Under the pieces are notes generated by a model that saw only the letters and a list, made by a program, of their open reading frames with translations, had not been told where the DNA came from and made no database searches. Shown piece by piece: positions 8,007 to 18,608 of a DNA stretch of 64,000 nucleotides; positions within the stretch are counted from its first letter, which is position 1, and every line of letters begins with the position of its first letter. The position numbers and the translations under genes are program-made. Origin of the DNA: Escherichia phage LH2; sequence record OQ378934.1; one strand, given 5' to 3'.

Positions 8007-8972
8007 TTATATTGCTCCTAATATTTTACTTTGCGAGTTGACAATTCCCGTCATAGTATTAATGTTTGAAATGCTTCCTGAGGTTCCTCCTAGTCTACTA
8101 AGTCGTGAAAGCGAATTAGATAGTCCAGTAACACCTCCACTATTTCCGAGAACGCTTTGAATGCCATTTATAGCAGCAGATTCAAGCCACTCAAGCGCAG
8201 CTTGTCTATCAACCGACCCAGCCTGCATGACTCTATACGCAAAAGTAACATCAAATGTAGTTATTTGGTTATCTCCATCATATGATAACTCAGGAGCGCT
8301 CACTGACACTGGAATGCATCCGGTGAACATCACAGCAGTATGAGGTAATCCATTACGAGCATGAAGATTAACCTGAATGTCTGCTTCAACATCTTGCGGC
8401 AAAGCACGTAATCCAGTTACTGGGTCTTGAACAGCGTTAACCCAGTCTTGCATCGCACGATAATTACATGCTTCTGAATCCATCCTAAATGAAATAACCA
8501 AAGGGTCTAATTCTCTCCCAGTTATACGAATATTAGGAGAATTATAGTTCCAGTCAGTTTCATAGGATAATCTATTCTCTGGCATTTTTACAGAATATAT
8601 CATCAATCCAGATGAGTTATATGCCATGTTAAAGAAGTCAATTAAATATGTACCAACCGTAAATGAGCCTAATAAACTTTGAACTGTGCGTTGACTCATG
8701 GCACCAATAAGATATTTACTGACTCCTGATTTTCTTATTAGTTTTTGTGTGCCAGCTGTAATTAGCGTGGTAATTCCCTGATTAATATCACCTTGAGTTA
8801 ATCCTAACCAATTTGAATTTAGGCCCAAGTTATTATAAGAAAAGTTGCTAATTGAACTTATCAACGAAGAGCTTTTAGTTGATGGAGTTGTCGCAAAAAC
8901 GCAGCTAAACATATTATTACGTTGGAAATCTGCGTTTATTGCTTGATTATTAAATTCCTCTAAAGAATACAT
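8007..8972 (-). CDS. 54: baseplate tail-tube initiator gp54
   Basis: 321 aa; synteny 54-48-29-28-27-51 and T4 length. Confidence 0.85.
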   Translation of the reverse strand: MYSLEEFNNQAINADFQRNNMFSCVFATTPSTKSSSLISSISNFSYNNLGLNSNWLGLTQGDINQGITTLITAGTQKLIRKSGVSKYLIGAMSQRTVQSLLGSFTVGTYLIDFFNMAYNSSGLMIYSVKMPENRLSYETDWNYNSPNIRITGRELDPLVISFRMDSEACNYRAMQDWVNAVQDPVTGLRALPQDVEADIQVNLHARNGLPHTAVMFTGCIPVSVSAPELSYDGDNQITTFDVTFAYRVMQAGSVDRQAALEWLESAAINGIQSVLGNSGGVTGLSNSLSRLSRLGGTSGSISNINTMTGIVNSQSKILGAI

Positions 8973-10066
8973 TAAAAAGTCCCCGCATATAAAGAAGCAC
9001 GGTTTAACGTGATAATTTCTCTCATAGTAATCTCAAGAGTAAATGTACTAGAGAGGTTTGGAGCAATAGCTAATCCATTAAAGTTACCGTTAGGCGTTTT
9101 ATCAAATCTAATGCTCTGTATTTGACATGGGCCAAATATTTCCGTTTTTCCATCAAACTTAGATGTTGCACCAAAGTTTTTCACCATCCAAACTGTCGGG
9201 TTTGAAACTACTAGAACGTTCGTTAAACTTGCTGTCATTTTCTCAAATAGTGTTTTATTTTTAGCCGCGTCTTCCGGAGATAAAGGTTCAATTAACGTAG
9301 AACGATACCAATCATCCAAATACCCCTTTATTTCAGCAGCGTATTGAGATTTACCTGTTTCGCCATAAGAAAAATAGTTAAAATATTGATAGATATTAAT
9401 AATAGCCATTAAATCTTCTGTTGAACGTGGAGTCAAATCCCATGTAAACACTTTAGTTCTATTCTCAGCACCACCATACATACTTCTGGCTGTTGTATAA
9501 ATCTGTTCATTATTATCAGCCATTATACCTTGCGTTATACTTTCCAGTGCCCCAAACACTGCAGTTGAAGCAATATTACTTAGCACACCAGTAGCAGTAC
9601 CTCCGCCTCTGCTGATAAGACTTTCTTGAACATCATTAAATCTATGTGATGATGTATCAACGTCAGATTTAGATCTCGGCAAAAGAATATTTGCAACAGG
9701 TGCTTTACTTATTGTTCCTGAATTATTATCTGATATTAATCCATTTGATAGTTTTGATACTGTACTACTAATAGTGTTTCTGGCTGTACGTAAAATACTC
9801 GAAGATGAAGAAGAGTAGTTAGATCTCATCGATCTAAGACTTCCAGAATCCCTAGATGACATATTGTATGCAGTAAATAATAATCCATTCTTATATAGAT
9901 CTGTTACCTGGAAGTCCCCTGTAGTGTCATTACCACTAGCACGCCCAGTTGGAAACTGGGCAGTGTATGTTTTAGTTGCTACTTCTGATTTAGTACTCTG
10001 TCCGGCTGAAATTTTCTCACCGGACTTTTTAATTAAATCAGCAGTTATTTCTTTAACAATTGCCAT
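8972..10066 (-). CDS. 48: baseplate tail-tube junction protein gp48
   Basis: 364 aa as in T4; 1-nt stop/start overlap with gene 54. Confidence 0.85.
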   Translation of the reverse strand: MAIVKEITADLIKKSGEKISAGQSTKSEVATKTYTAQFPTGRASGNDTTGDFQVTDLYKNGLLFTAYNMSSRDSGSLRSMRSNYSSSSSSILRTARNTISSTVSKLSNGLISDNNSGTISKAPVANILLPRSKSDVDTSSHRFNDVQESLISRGGGTATGVLSNIASTAVFGALESITQGIMADNNEQIYTTARSMYGGAENRTKVFTWDLTPRSTEDLMAIINIYQYFNYFSYGETGKSQYAAEIKGYLDDWYRSTLIEPLSPEDAAKNKTLFEKMTASLTNVLVVSNPTVWMVKNFGATSKFDGKTEIFGPCQIQSIRFDKTPNGNFNGLAIAPNLSSTFTLEITMREIITLNRASLYAGTF

Positions 10067-10074
10067 ATTATTCC

Positions 10075-11847
10075 TTAATTAACTCCAGTCGCATCAAATA
10101 CACCAGGAGCAGTCGTGCTCGTTACAGGTGTCATATTATGAACGACAGTATTTTTCTTAATAACATTATTAGTATTATTGATCGAAGGAGATGCTTGTTG
10201 AACAGGAGCTTGCTGTGCTTTGTTCTTTTCTATTACCTGGACTTGTTTTGCTTCTGGCGATTTAGCAGAAGTTTCAGGTTTGGCATTAGGTTGATTTTTC
10301 TTGAGCTCTTGATAAGTAGCATCAATTTTAGAAAATCTAGCAGCAAGTTCTTTTTTAACTGCCGGTGAATTATTTAAATCCGGGTCATCCATCCGTTTTT
10401 TAAGGTCTTCATAGGCAGCTTCAACTGATTTAACCGTTGAGTCTTTACTCATATCAGCTGAATTAGCGTATTCATCAAAACGATTCATAGCAGCACGAGC
10501 TTCATTAGCTTTCATTAAAGCAATTTTAGCTTCCTCCGGAGAAAGTTGCTTTAATTTTTCTTCTTCCTCTGCTCTCTCTTCATCAGTCGTTAGTGCTTCT
10601 TTATTATCAACGCCACGAATCCAGTTAGATGCACGAGTTTTCCAGTTCGCAATCTTGTCTAACCCTTTTGCTATCGGACCAAGTTCTCCATTCATTCTTT
10701 TATATTGATAGTTTGCAACTTTTTCTTGGTCTTCTTTGTTAAGAGAAGCATTTGTAGTATTTTGGAAATTTTCTAGTGCTCTTCCTTCTACTTCATCAGC
10801 AGTATCCTTCATGCCAGGAATAACTCGAAGAATTGCCGCAGATAATTTAGCCATTCCAAGCTGAATAAGTTCTCCTAAATTATAAAGAACCTTTCCAAGC
10901 CCTTCTACAATAGCTACCGTCAAACCGCCCCAATCTCCCTCTTCCCAGAATTTTTTAATTTCATCAATAGAACTAAAGATGCTATGTAATAAAGGACCCC
11001 ATGTTCCGGTTTCGCTAGAGAATTTAGTAAAGTCTGTACTGAACAAATCCCAAGCCTGTGAAAATTTATCTGACCAATATTTAAAGTGAACCATCAGCAG
11101 GTCTATTCCGACAACAACAGCCAATATCATTGCTGTCATTTTAGCAGCTTCAATAGCAGCACTGACGGTATACTTAAATAACATGCTTGATATTTTATCA
11201 GTAATTGAAATGGATTTCTTAAATCCAAAATCAACAGTCTTTGTTAATTTATCTAAAGCTTGAGATAATTTTAAGTTAAATGCGTCTTTTTTCTGTTTTT
11301 CTTCTGGCGATTCTTGTTTGGGCTCAACTGGCTGAGGGGTAGGGAAAAAATCAGCATCAGGATCATTATTAACTGCTTCAGGAGCCGGTAATAAAGGACC
11401 CACAGATTCAGCTGTATCATCCTCAACAACTTTAACAGGAATAGCGCTTTCAACCGTGGCTAAACTGGTTCCTGTTTGTTGAATTCCAGCTGTCTGAATT
11501 TTTTGCTCTAGTAAACTTGTTAATTTATCTAATTTGCTCCCGAGTGATTCACCGATTTCTTTATTAATATTGTTGCCAATTTCAACAGTTTCAGCAATTA
11601 ACTCAGAACCGGCAGTAGTATCACTCACTGCGTTTTCTACGTTGTCAATTGCTCCAATTATTTCATTCGATTTTTCTTCGACAGTTTGAGCAATTAATTC
11701 AGAAGCAGCTTGAGCATCATCCAATTTCGTAGATATATCGTTAAGTCCAGATAAAGTGTTAGAAGCGGATTTAGCCGCTTCCTGTGTTGGTTTATTATCT
11801 GAAATAACTTTTCTACGCATCGTTTGCATTTCTTGTGGCTTTTTCAT
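10075..11847 (-). CDS. 29: tail tape-measure protein gp29
   Basis: 590 aa as in T4; coiled-coil-rich. Confidence 0.85.
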   Translation of the reverse strand: MKKPQEMQTMRRKVISDNKPTQEAAKSASNTLSGLNDISTKLDDAQAASELIAQTVEEKSNEIIGAIDNVENAVSDTTAGSELIAETVEIGNNINKEIGESLGSKLDKLTSLLEQKIQTAGIQQTGTSLATVESAIPVKVVEDDTAESVGPLLPAPEAVNNDPDADFFPTPQPVEPKQESPEEKQKKDAFNLKLSQALDKLTKTVDFGFKKSISITDKISSMLFKYTVSAAIEAAKMTAMILAVVVGIDLLMVHFKYWSDKFSQAWDLFSTDFTKFSSETGTWGPLLHSIFSSIDEIKKFWEEGDWGGLTVAIVEGLGKVLYNLGELIQLGMAKLSAAILRVIPGMKDTADEVEGRALENFQNTTNASLNKEDQEKVANYQYKRMNGELGPIAKGLDKIANWKTRASNWIRGVDNKEALTTDEERAEEEEKLKQLSPEEAKIALMKANEARAAMNRFDEYANSADMSKDSTVKSVEAAYEDLKKRMDDPDLNNSPAVKKELAARFSKIDATYQELKKNQPNAKPETSAKSPEAKQVQVIEKNKAQQAPVQQASPSINNTNNVIKKNTVVHNMTPVTSTTAPGVFDATGVN

Positions 11848-12377
11848 TCAAATAATCCAATAATATTGCCAATTCCGGTTATTGGACCATTAGGGCCAGG
11901 AATTGCTAAAGTTGTAAAAATATCATTTGCCCATTTTAAAACGAATGCTGGCATCTCAAGAAAATTAATTTCTTTAACTTCATCATTGACCTTAAGCAAG
12001 CACTTGGATAACATATCGCTCACCGTTAAAAATTGTTCAAATTTTCCAGGAGGTCTAAAATAAAATGTATTTCCTTGGTATTGAAATTCCAATCTTTGGC
12101 ATACATAAACATCATTAATGTCATAAGTATAACCATCTATTTCTTTACGAGATTTAATTTTTCCATTAAATTCCAATAAATGAATAGAAACGAAATCAAC
12201 TTCTGCCGGTGATAAATTTGGACAAATAGAATCAATAAGAAGTTTTAAATTTTCATCGGGTCCTTTAACATCTTTTAAAATGTTATAATGTTTAAGACCC
12301 ATTTTAGGAATAGAAACTTCTTTATTGCTTATTGGAAGAACTACTTTCTTCAGTGGTAGTATCAGATTTAAATTCAT
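11844..12377 (-). CDS. 28: baseplate hub distal subunit gp28
   Basis: 177 aa as in T4; ATG start overlaps the 3' end of gene 27. Confidence 0.8.
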   Translation of the reverse strand: MNLNLILPLKKVVLPISNKEVSIPKMGLKHYNILKDVKGPDENLKLLIDSICPNLSPAEVDFVSIHLLEFNGKIKSRKEIDGYTYDINDVYVCQRLEFQYQGNTFYFRPPGKFEQFLTVSDMLSKCLLKVNDEVKEINFLEMPAFVLKWANDIFTTLAIPGPNGPITGIGNIIGLFE

Positions 12378-13497
12378 TTTTAACCTTAACTGGGTCTATT
12401 GTTTCCAGTTTCGTTGCATTAGTGAACATATATAGATGAGTTACTGAATTATTATTGGATAATTCGTGGATAACTTCATCAACGTAAAATTCTGTTTTAA
12501 ATTGGTTTTTACTATCATTAAAAATAATTTTAACGCCAGGGGTTAAGTTAAAATTACCGACAGTAGAACATTTAGCATAGCCATCGTATTGTGCCATAGT
12601 TTGAAGACGAATAGCTTCTTCATATCCATTCCTATAAGTCATTTCAGAATAAGCACCTGACCTTGACACTACAATAGAGTTTTCGCCTTTTCCTGTAGTA
12701 ATCATTGGCAATGAAGAATCTAAAAATGAATGCGCATAGATAGTAGCGTTTTTCATTGGGTCGCGTTTGTGAGGATTCGATTTAGTCAACCAAACGAAAT
12801 CATATGCTAATGGATATTTTAATTCTTGGATGAATTGACCTATTAAAGATGGCTCACCGACAATCATTGGATACGGTTCTTGATTTATCATCATATCATA
12901 GTCCATCATGTTAACTCCCATGATGTCTTGCCATACAAATACAAATTTGTCACTTCCTACAGCTAGAGCAACTTCTCTGACATACGACAAATAGTTTTCA
13001 AATGTACTAGTCCACGGAATATCAGGAACATAAGCATTTATAGCATTTATCGCTGGAGTTAATAGCGTGCGGTCTTGATAAATGACACCAAGCATTTCCT
13101 TTATAGATTCACCTGCATCAGGGAAAAACGGTCTGCCAAATTTAAGATTTTCTATAGAATGAATAGTTCCCAATTCAATAGCAATGATGTTATCACCTTT
13201 TGAATCTACTGACACTGAAAAATGCTTACATCCATAAATTCTTGTTTTAACATTATTAATATCGTTTGCATTAGCTACAGAAATCTGAATTATTTCATTT
13301 CCATCCATTTTTGTATGGATATTTTTAGAATCATAAAACTGCAGCATTCCTTCATTTCGGCCATAAAGAGAATCCCGCATAGTTAATGTTGTAATAGTAG
13401 CAGCTAATTCAACAAATCTATTATTACTCCAAGCGTCGTAGCTATCAAACAATTTAACGCTGAGATTTGGATATCCTGGGCGTTGCAACATACTCAT
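12322..13497 (-). CDS. 27: baseplate hub protein gp27
   Basis: 391 aa as in T4. Confidence 0.85.
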   Translation of the reverse strand: MSMLQRPGYPNLSVKLFDSYDAWSNNRFVELAATITTLTMRDSLYGRNEGMLQFYDSKNIHTKMDGNEIIQISVANANDINNVKTRIYGCKHFSVSVDSKGDNIIAIELGTIHSIENLKFGRPFFPDAGESIKEMLGVIYQDRTLLTPAINAINAYVPDIPWTSTFENYLSYVREVALAVGSDKFVFVWQDIMGVNMMDYDMMINQEPYPMIVGEPSLIGQFIQELKYPLAYDFVWLTKSNPHKRDPMKNATIYAHSFLDSSLPMITTGKGENSIVVSRSGAYSEMTYRNGYEEAIRLQTMAQYDGYAKCSTVGNFNLTPGVKIIFNDSKNQFKTEFYVDEVIHELSNNNSVTHLYMFTNATKLETIDPVKVKNEFKSDTTTEESSSSNKQ

Positions 13498-14246
13498 TAT
13501 TGTTTATCCTTCTCAATCAGTTTTAATACGAATCCGCGCTCGGCAGGAATCATTTTCATTATTGAATTTAAGCTATAATTACTTTTTACGAGTGTGTGAT
13601 TAATTTGATAAAAAGTAAATATCTCATCTGGGTTAACTAATAGCTTAAACACATCTACTATATCAGTGTATTTTTTTACATACTTATCACAGCAGGACAT
13701 GTGTAGCGTTAAATTAATAGGATTCATTGCATCAAGAATTTTTTCTAATGTTTCTATCTCGATGGCATCAACAAGTTCTATTTGACTTGATTCACTAATT
13801 TCCTTCCAATCATACCATGTTTCATCTACTTGAACAGAATGAATATTTTCAGTAATCATCTTTGCTTTATTTTCATAAAACTCAGAAGGAAACTTTAATT
13901 TAATTTTAACATTAGCTACATCAAAAACAGGTTCCTTTAGTTCTTTTTGATATATTTCAAATGGAACTGTCTTTTCTTTTTTACATTTTGGACATACAAA
14001 TGTGACCGGTACTTTAGTTTTACCTATTGACCCTACAAATACCTGCAAAAATATAAATGGCTGCCAAGTCTTCGGATAGTCTCCAAAATAATCGGCAATT
14101 AAATCAGCAATTATTTCTTTTTGTTCTTGTGGTGACCGATGTTCTATATCGTTTCGAACTAACAAAAAATCTCGATAATCTTCTACCGTAAATGGTTTAA
14201 AACGATGAACACCATCTGGTAATTTACAACGAATAATGTTTGCCAT
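13497..14246 (-). CDS. 51: baseplate hub assembly catalyst gp51
   Basis: 249 aa as in T4. Confidence 0.8.
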   Translation of the reverse strand: MANIIRCKLPDGVHRFKPFTVEDYRDFLLVRNDIEHRSPQEQKEIIADLIADYFGDYPKTWQPFIFLQVFVGSIGKTKVPVTFVCPKCKKEKTVPFEIYQKELKEPVFDVANVKIKLKFPSEFYENKAKMITENIHSVQVDETWYDWKEISESSQIELVDAIEIETLEKILDAMNPINLTLHMSCCDKYVKKYTDIVDVFKLLVNPDEIFTFYQINHTLVKSNYSLNSIMKMIPAERGFVLKLIEKDKQ

Positions 14247-14263
14247 AGATGCTCCTTTTATTC

Positions 14264-14271
14264 TATTTATA
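14264..14271 (-). promoter_or_regulatory. late promoter (TATAAATA on minus strand) for gene 51
   Basis: TATTTATA on plus strand, 18 nt upstream of the gene 51 ATG; shares 4 bp with the divergent gene 26 late promoter. Confidence 0.5.
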
Positions 14272-14275
14272 AATA
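14268..14275 (+). promoter_or_regulatory. late promoter TATAAATA for gene 26
   Basis: Exact consensus 22 nt upstream of the gene 26 ATG. Confidence 0.55.
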
Positions 14276-14296
14276 TGATAAATAAAGGAGCTAAAT

Positions 14297-14923
14297 ATGT
14301 ATGAATACAAATTTGACGTGAGAGTTGGTTCTAAAATAATCAACTGTCGTGCATTTACTCTTAAAGAATATCTAGAACTTATTACTGCTAAAAAGAACGG
14401 TTCAGTCAAAGAGATTGTTAAAAAGCTAATCAAAGACTGCACAAATGCAAAAGATTTAAACCGCCAAGAATCAGAACTACTGCTGATTCATTTATGGGCA
14501 CATTCTCTTGGAGAAGTTAATCACGAAAACTCCTGGAAGTGCACCTGTGGAACTGAAATACCAACCCATATAAATCTATTACATACACAAATAGATGCAC
14601 CAGAAGACCTCTGGTATACACTGGGTGACATTAAAATTAAGTTCCATTACCCTAAAATTTTTGATGATAAAAACATAGCCCACATGATAGTATCATGTAT
14701 AGAAACAATTCATGCTAACGGTGAAAGCATTCCAATTGAAGACTTGAATGAAAAAGAGTTGGAAGATTTATATTCTATCATCACAGAGTCAGATATTGTA
14801 GCTATAAAAGATATGCTTTTAAAGCCTACTGTTTATTTGGCTGTTCCAATTAAGTGTCCAGAGTGTGGAAAATCTCACGCTCATGTAATAAGAGGACTCA
14901 AAGAATTCTTTGAGCTATTGTAA
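14297..14923 (+). CDS. 26: baseplate hub protein gp26
   Basis: 208 aa as in T4. Confidence 0.8.
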   Translation: MYEYKFDVRVGSKIINCRAFTLKEYLELITAKKNGSVKEIVKKLIKDCTNAKDLNRQESELLLIHLWAHSLGEVNHENSWKCTCGTEIPTHINLLHTQIDAPEDLWYTLGDIKIKFHYPKIFDDKNIAHMIVSCIETIHANGESIPIEDLNEKELEDLYSIITESDIVAIKDMLLKPTVYLAVPIKCPECGKSHAHVIRGLKEFFELL

Positions 14924-15321
14924 TGGCAAATATTAATAAGCTTTATTCTGACATTGACCCAGAAATGAAAATGGATTGGGACAAAGACGTTTCCAGATCT
15001 CTTGGATTAAGGTCAATTAAAAATAGTCTTTTAGGAATTATTACAACCAGGAAAGGGTCAAGGCCATTTGACCCAGAATTTGGATGCGATTTATCTGATC
15101 AGCTTTTTGAGAATATGACTCCTCTTACGGCTGATACAGTTGAGCGTAACATTGAAAGCGCAGTAAGAAACTACGAGCCACGTATTGATAAATTAGCAGT
15201 TAATGTAATACCGGTTTATGATGATTATACTCTGATAGTAGAAATACGCTTTTCGGTCATCGATAATCCTGATGATATTGAGCAGATAAAACTGCAACTG
15301 GCTTCTAGTAACAGAGTATAA
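14923..15321 (+). CDS. 25: baseplate wedge/sheath-initiator protein gp25
   Basis: 132 aa as in T4; GPW/gp25 family. Confidence 0.85.
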   Translation: MANINKLYSDIDPEMKMDWDKDVSRSLGLRSIKNSLLGIITTRKGSRPFDPEFGCDLSDQLFENMTPLTADTVERNIESAVRNYEPRIDKLAVNVIPVYDDYTLIVEIRFSVIDNPDDIEQIKLQLASSNRV

Positions 15322-15347
15322 TGCTTCACGTGTAAACGTGGTATAAT
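15322..15347 (+). promoter_or_regulatory. MotA-dependent middle promoter upstream of uvsY (oriF-type position)
   Basis: TGCTTCA box, 13-nt spacer, TATAAT. Confidence 0.55.
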
Positions 15348-15387
15348 GAATCTAAGTCCATCCAATAACAATTGAATAGAGAACAAT

Positions 15388-15801
15388 ATGAGATTAGAAG
15401 ATCTTCAAGAAGAATTGAAGAAAGATGTGTTTATAGATTCGACTAAATTACAGTATGAAGCAGCTAATAATGTGATGTTATATAGTAAATGGCTTAATAA
15501 GCATTCAAGTATTAAAAAGGAAATGCTTAGAATTGACGCACAGAAAAAAGTTGCTCTTAAAGCTAAATTAGACTACTACTCGGGACGAGGAGATGGTGAT
15601 GAATTTAGTATGGACCGTTATGAGAAATCAGAAATGAAGACAGTTCTATCAGCTGATAAGGATGTTTTAAAAGTTGATACTTCATTACAATATTGGGGAA
15701 TTTTATTAGATTTCTGTAGCGGAGCTCTTGATGCTATTAAATCACGTGGATTTGCTATTAAGCATATTCAAGACATGCGAGCATTTGAGGCTGGAAAATA
15801 G
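15388..15801 (+). CDS. uvsY: recombination mediator UvsY
   Basis: 137 aa as in T4. Confidence 0.85.
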   Translation: MRLEDLQEELKKDVFIDSTKLQYEAANNVMLYSKWLNKHSSIKKEMLRIDAQKKVALKAKLDYYSGRGDGDEFSMDRYEKSEMKTVLSADKDVLKVDTSLQYWGILLDFCSGALDAIKSRGFAIKHIQDMRAFEAGK

Positions 15802-15812
15802 TGAGGTTAATT

Positions 15813-15917
15813 ATGAAAGAAAATATTAGTAAGATTCTTGATGAGATGGTGATTTCTGCTAATCGTATTACGGAAATCGTTAATGAAATGAAAGCCAGAG
15901 CAGCTGTTATGAAGGCT
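15813..15917 (+). CDS. small ORF, 34 aa
   Basis: ATG ORF with upstream GAGG; position of T4 uvsY.-1. Confidence 0.3.
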
Positions 15918-15948
15918 AATAAATAGATATATAATTCAGAGGAGACAA

Positions 15949-16095
15949 TCATGTCAGATAAGATTTGTGTTGTCTGTAAAACTCCAATCGATTCTGCATT
16001 GGTTGTTGAAACAGACAAAGGTCCTGTACATCCTGGGCCTTGCTATAATTACATTAAAGAACTACCAGTTTCAGAAAGTTCGGAAGAACAATTAA
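15949..16095 (+). CDS. small Cys-rich ORF, 48 aa (CxxC ... C)
   Basis: ATG ORF with GAGGAG Shine-Dalgarno; position of T4 uvsY.-2. Confidence 0.3.
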   Translation, partial: SCQIRFVLSVKLQSILHWLLKQTKVLYILGLAIITLKNYQFQKVRKNN

Positions 16096-16174
16096 ATGAA
16101 ACACAACTTTTGCTATAGTGTGACCTTTAGTCTATAGTTTTGGCCCTTCCTTTTTGGTTGGGCCTTTTTTTAAT

Positions 16175-16405
16175 TTAAAAGCTTTCTTCTACTTCATCGT
16201 CTGAATCTTCTAATTCAGCTCTTTTTCCTGCCAAAGCATCTCTCACAGAGATGTCATCAGTATCTTTTAATTCAGTTTCTTTAACTCTTTTCTTATAATA
16301 AGCTTCAAGTTCTTCTAGACCTTCTAATGTTTGGCAAGAGGCAATTTTACCCATAAATTCATCAATAGAAGCTTCATAAAGAAATTGTTTAAATTCTAGT
16401 AACAT
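16175..16405 (-). CDS. uvsW.1: UvsW.1, 76 aa from ATG
   Basis: ORF-track start at 16417 is TTG; the first ATG gives 76 aa and sits behind a GGAG. Confidence 0.65.
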   Translation of the reverse strand: MLLEFKQFLYEASIDEFMGKIASCQTLEGLEELEAYYKKRVKETELKDTDDISVRDALAGKRAELEDSDDEVEESF

Positions 16406-16430
16406 CTTTTTCTCCAAAGGGCCGAAGCCC

Positions 16431-17939
16431 TTATAAATTAACTGTTTTCATTACGTAATTAAATTTTTCATCTGCGTAGCGCTGAATACGATCAATGCCG
16501 TGTTTTAAAAGATAGTTCAAATGCGAGTATTTTTTAGAAGATGTTTTTGATTTAGAAACTACGCCCGCGTCATCTATGAGGTCCCAGACCGTTGCGATTG
16601 TTTTAGAACCATGCTTACGTAATACGCGACCTATTGTTTGCAATACAATAATTTTAGATTTAACACCGTGCGCTAAAACAACGTGATGCAGATTTTTAAC
16701 TGAAATACCAGTAGAAAATACACCATAACTCGCTACTATAATTATTCCTTTACCATTTTCAGCTAAGGTTTTCATTATATTGCGGGTTTCGGTATCAACT
16801 TCCCCTGATACGTAATAAACTTTATCGTATTCATTTTTAATTAAATCGAAAATAGCTTTACCGTGCGATACATGTTTAAACATGACAAAAGCGTTTTCAT
16901 CTTTTTGTGCAAGCTTAATAGCTAATTTAGCGATCCATTTATTTCTTTTACTGAGCCCAGTAATAATTTTTATTTCTTCTTGGTAAGTTTTTCCCTTTAA
17001 TTTAGTAGTGAACTCATCGGGATAGCGAAGAAAAATACTATTAATTTTTAGCTCAGTTACTTGTCCATCTTCCATTAATTTAGAAGTCGTTACTGGCTTA
17101 AATATTTCACCAAACATTCCAACATACTGCATGATATTGGCTTTGCCATCACGTAATGAACCGGACAAACCAAATTTAAACATGCAGTTATTTAAACCTG
17201 ATATGATAGATGAAATACTTTTTCCTGTAGCAAGATGGCATTCATCATTCATCATCATTCCAAACTGTGAGAACCATTCTTTCGGTTGTTTTACTACAGT
17301 TTGCCATGTACCAACAACGACTGGTGCATCATTTTTATATTTATCATCTTTTGATGCTCCACCACCAATTTTCTTTATCATTGCATGACTGAATAAACGA
17401 TAGTCAACAAAGTCATCAGCCATCTGAGTTGTCAGAGCAGTTGTTGGAACAATGATAAGAATTTTACCTTCATAATTTTCCAAATAATATCGAGCAAGCA
17501 AAGCTTGAATTAAGGATTTACCTGCGGATGTTGGAAGATTAAGAATTCTACGACGATTAACTAATCCTTCGAACACTGCATCTTTTTGATACCAATGCGG
17601 TTCAATTCTTTTATTTCCTGAATAGATTTCTAATTTAGAAAGCCATTCATCAAAATCTTTTCTTGATAATTCTTCTTTTTCGTTAATCTGTGGGTCAATC
17701 CAGGCTTTATAGCCAAAGTTATCACAGAACTTTTTAATTTGCCCGACTAAGCCGAATGGAAGAAGACGATTATAATCTAAAAGACGGATTCGTCCATCCC
17801 AGTTGCCATATCTGAAGCGAGGATTAAACCTATATCCATCGGCCTCAAACGAAAAGAAATCTCTTAATTCGTGGAACGTGCTCTCTTCACAATCGATGCG
17901 TACATGACTGAAGTCGTGAAAATGTACTTTAATATCCAT
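16431..17939 (-). CDS. uvsW: UvsW SF2 helicase
   Basis: 502 aa; Walker A-like GKS and a DECH box. Confidence 0.9.
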   Translation of the reverse strand: MDIKVHFHDFSHVRIDCEESTFHELRDFFSFEADGYRFNPRFRYGNWDGRIRLLDYNRLLPFGLVGQIKKFCDNFGYKAWIDPQINEKEELSRKDFDEWLSKLEIYSGNKRIEPHWYQKDAVFEGLVNRRRILNLPTSAGKSLIQALLARYYLENYEGKILIIVPTTALTTQMADDFVDYRLFSHAMIKKIGGGASKDDKYKNDAPVVVGTWQTVVKQPKEWFSQFGMMMNDECHLATGKSISSIISGLNNCMFKFGLSGSLRDGKANIMQYVGMFGEIFKPVTTSKLMEDGQVTELKINSIFLRYPDEFTTKLKGKTYQEEIKIITGLSKRNKWIAKLAIKLAQKDENAFVMFKHVSHGKAIFDLIKNEYDKVYYVSGEVDTETRNIMKTLAENGKGIIIVASYGVFSTGISVKNLHHVVLAHGVKSKIIVLQTIGRVLRKHGSKTIATVWDLIDDAGVVSKSKTSSKKYSHLNYLLKHGIDRIQRYADEKFNYVMKTVNL

Positions 17940-17941
17940 AA

Positions 17942-18559
17942 TTATGCCTTACTAAATTTGCCTTTAGAGTCTCTTTTCATGAGACGACCTTTAATAAATC
18001 CGTCGGGAATAATACCGTCTGGTTGTATTAATTTATTTATTGCTCCATTATTGACCCAAAAAGTTCCTGTGGTAGTCGGTTTGACTTTACATCCTTTTCT
18101 GGACTTTCTATTAAGATGAACCATCCCTTTTACAAATCCTTCTGGAACAAGTTCTCCAGGTTTAATAAAAATATTTTTAGTTCCATTAGTGTAACAAGTT
18201 GTACCTAATACCGTGCCCGGTGAGTTTTCAAATCTCTTAGCGGAAGATTCTTTCATCTTTGCTATAACCTCTGCAGTCATAACAATTCCACCAATTCCAC
18301 CAGGTTTCATATTATAATAATTTTTGCTTTTTATTAGTTCAGGAGTTATAATTTCTTCTTCATACATGTACGCTTCTTCGGAAGTTTTAAACTCTTTTAG
18401 TATTGTTCTAGAGAAATTCTTTTCACCATATTTCTTTATAGCCTGCTGAATTGCCTTACCGGAACCAAGGTAGCCATCATTCAAGTCATCAGTAGAGTGT
18501 TTTCCTATATACTTTTTACCATTTATTAGATTTGTCGTTTCATATACAAAGTGATACAT
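17942..18559 (-). CDS. segE: GIY-YIG homing endonuclease (SegE-like by position)
   Basis: N-terminal YETTNLINGKKYIGKH ... GYLGSG ... NMKPGGIGG; sits between uvsW and inh, which I recall as the T4 segE site. Confidence 0.7.
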   Translation of the reverse strand: MYHFVYETTNLINGKKYIGKHSTDDLNDGYLGSGKAIQQAIKKYGEKNFSRTILKEFKTSEEAYMYEEEIITPELIKSKNYYNMKPGGIGGIVMTAEVIAKMKESSAKRFENSPGTVLGTTCYTNGTKNIFIKPGELVPEGFVKGMVHLNRKSRKGCKVKPTTTGTFWVNNGAINKLIQPDGIIPDGFIKGRLMKRDSKGKFSKA

Positions 18560-18608
18560 ACTATTTTCCGAGTAATAAATATATCTATATTTATACTGAG
18601 GAAATATT

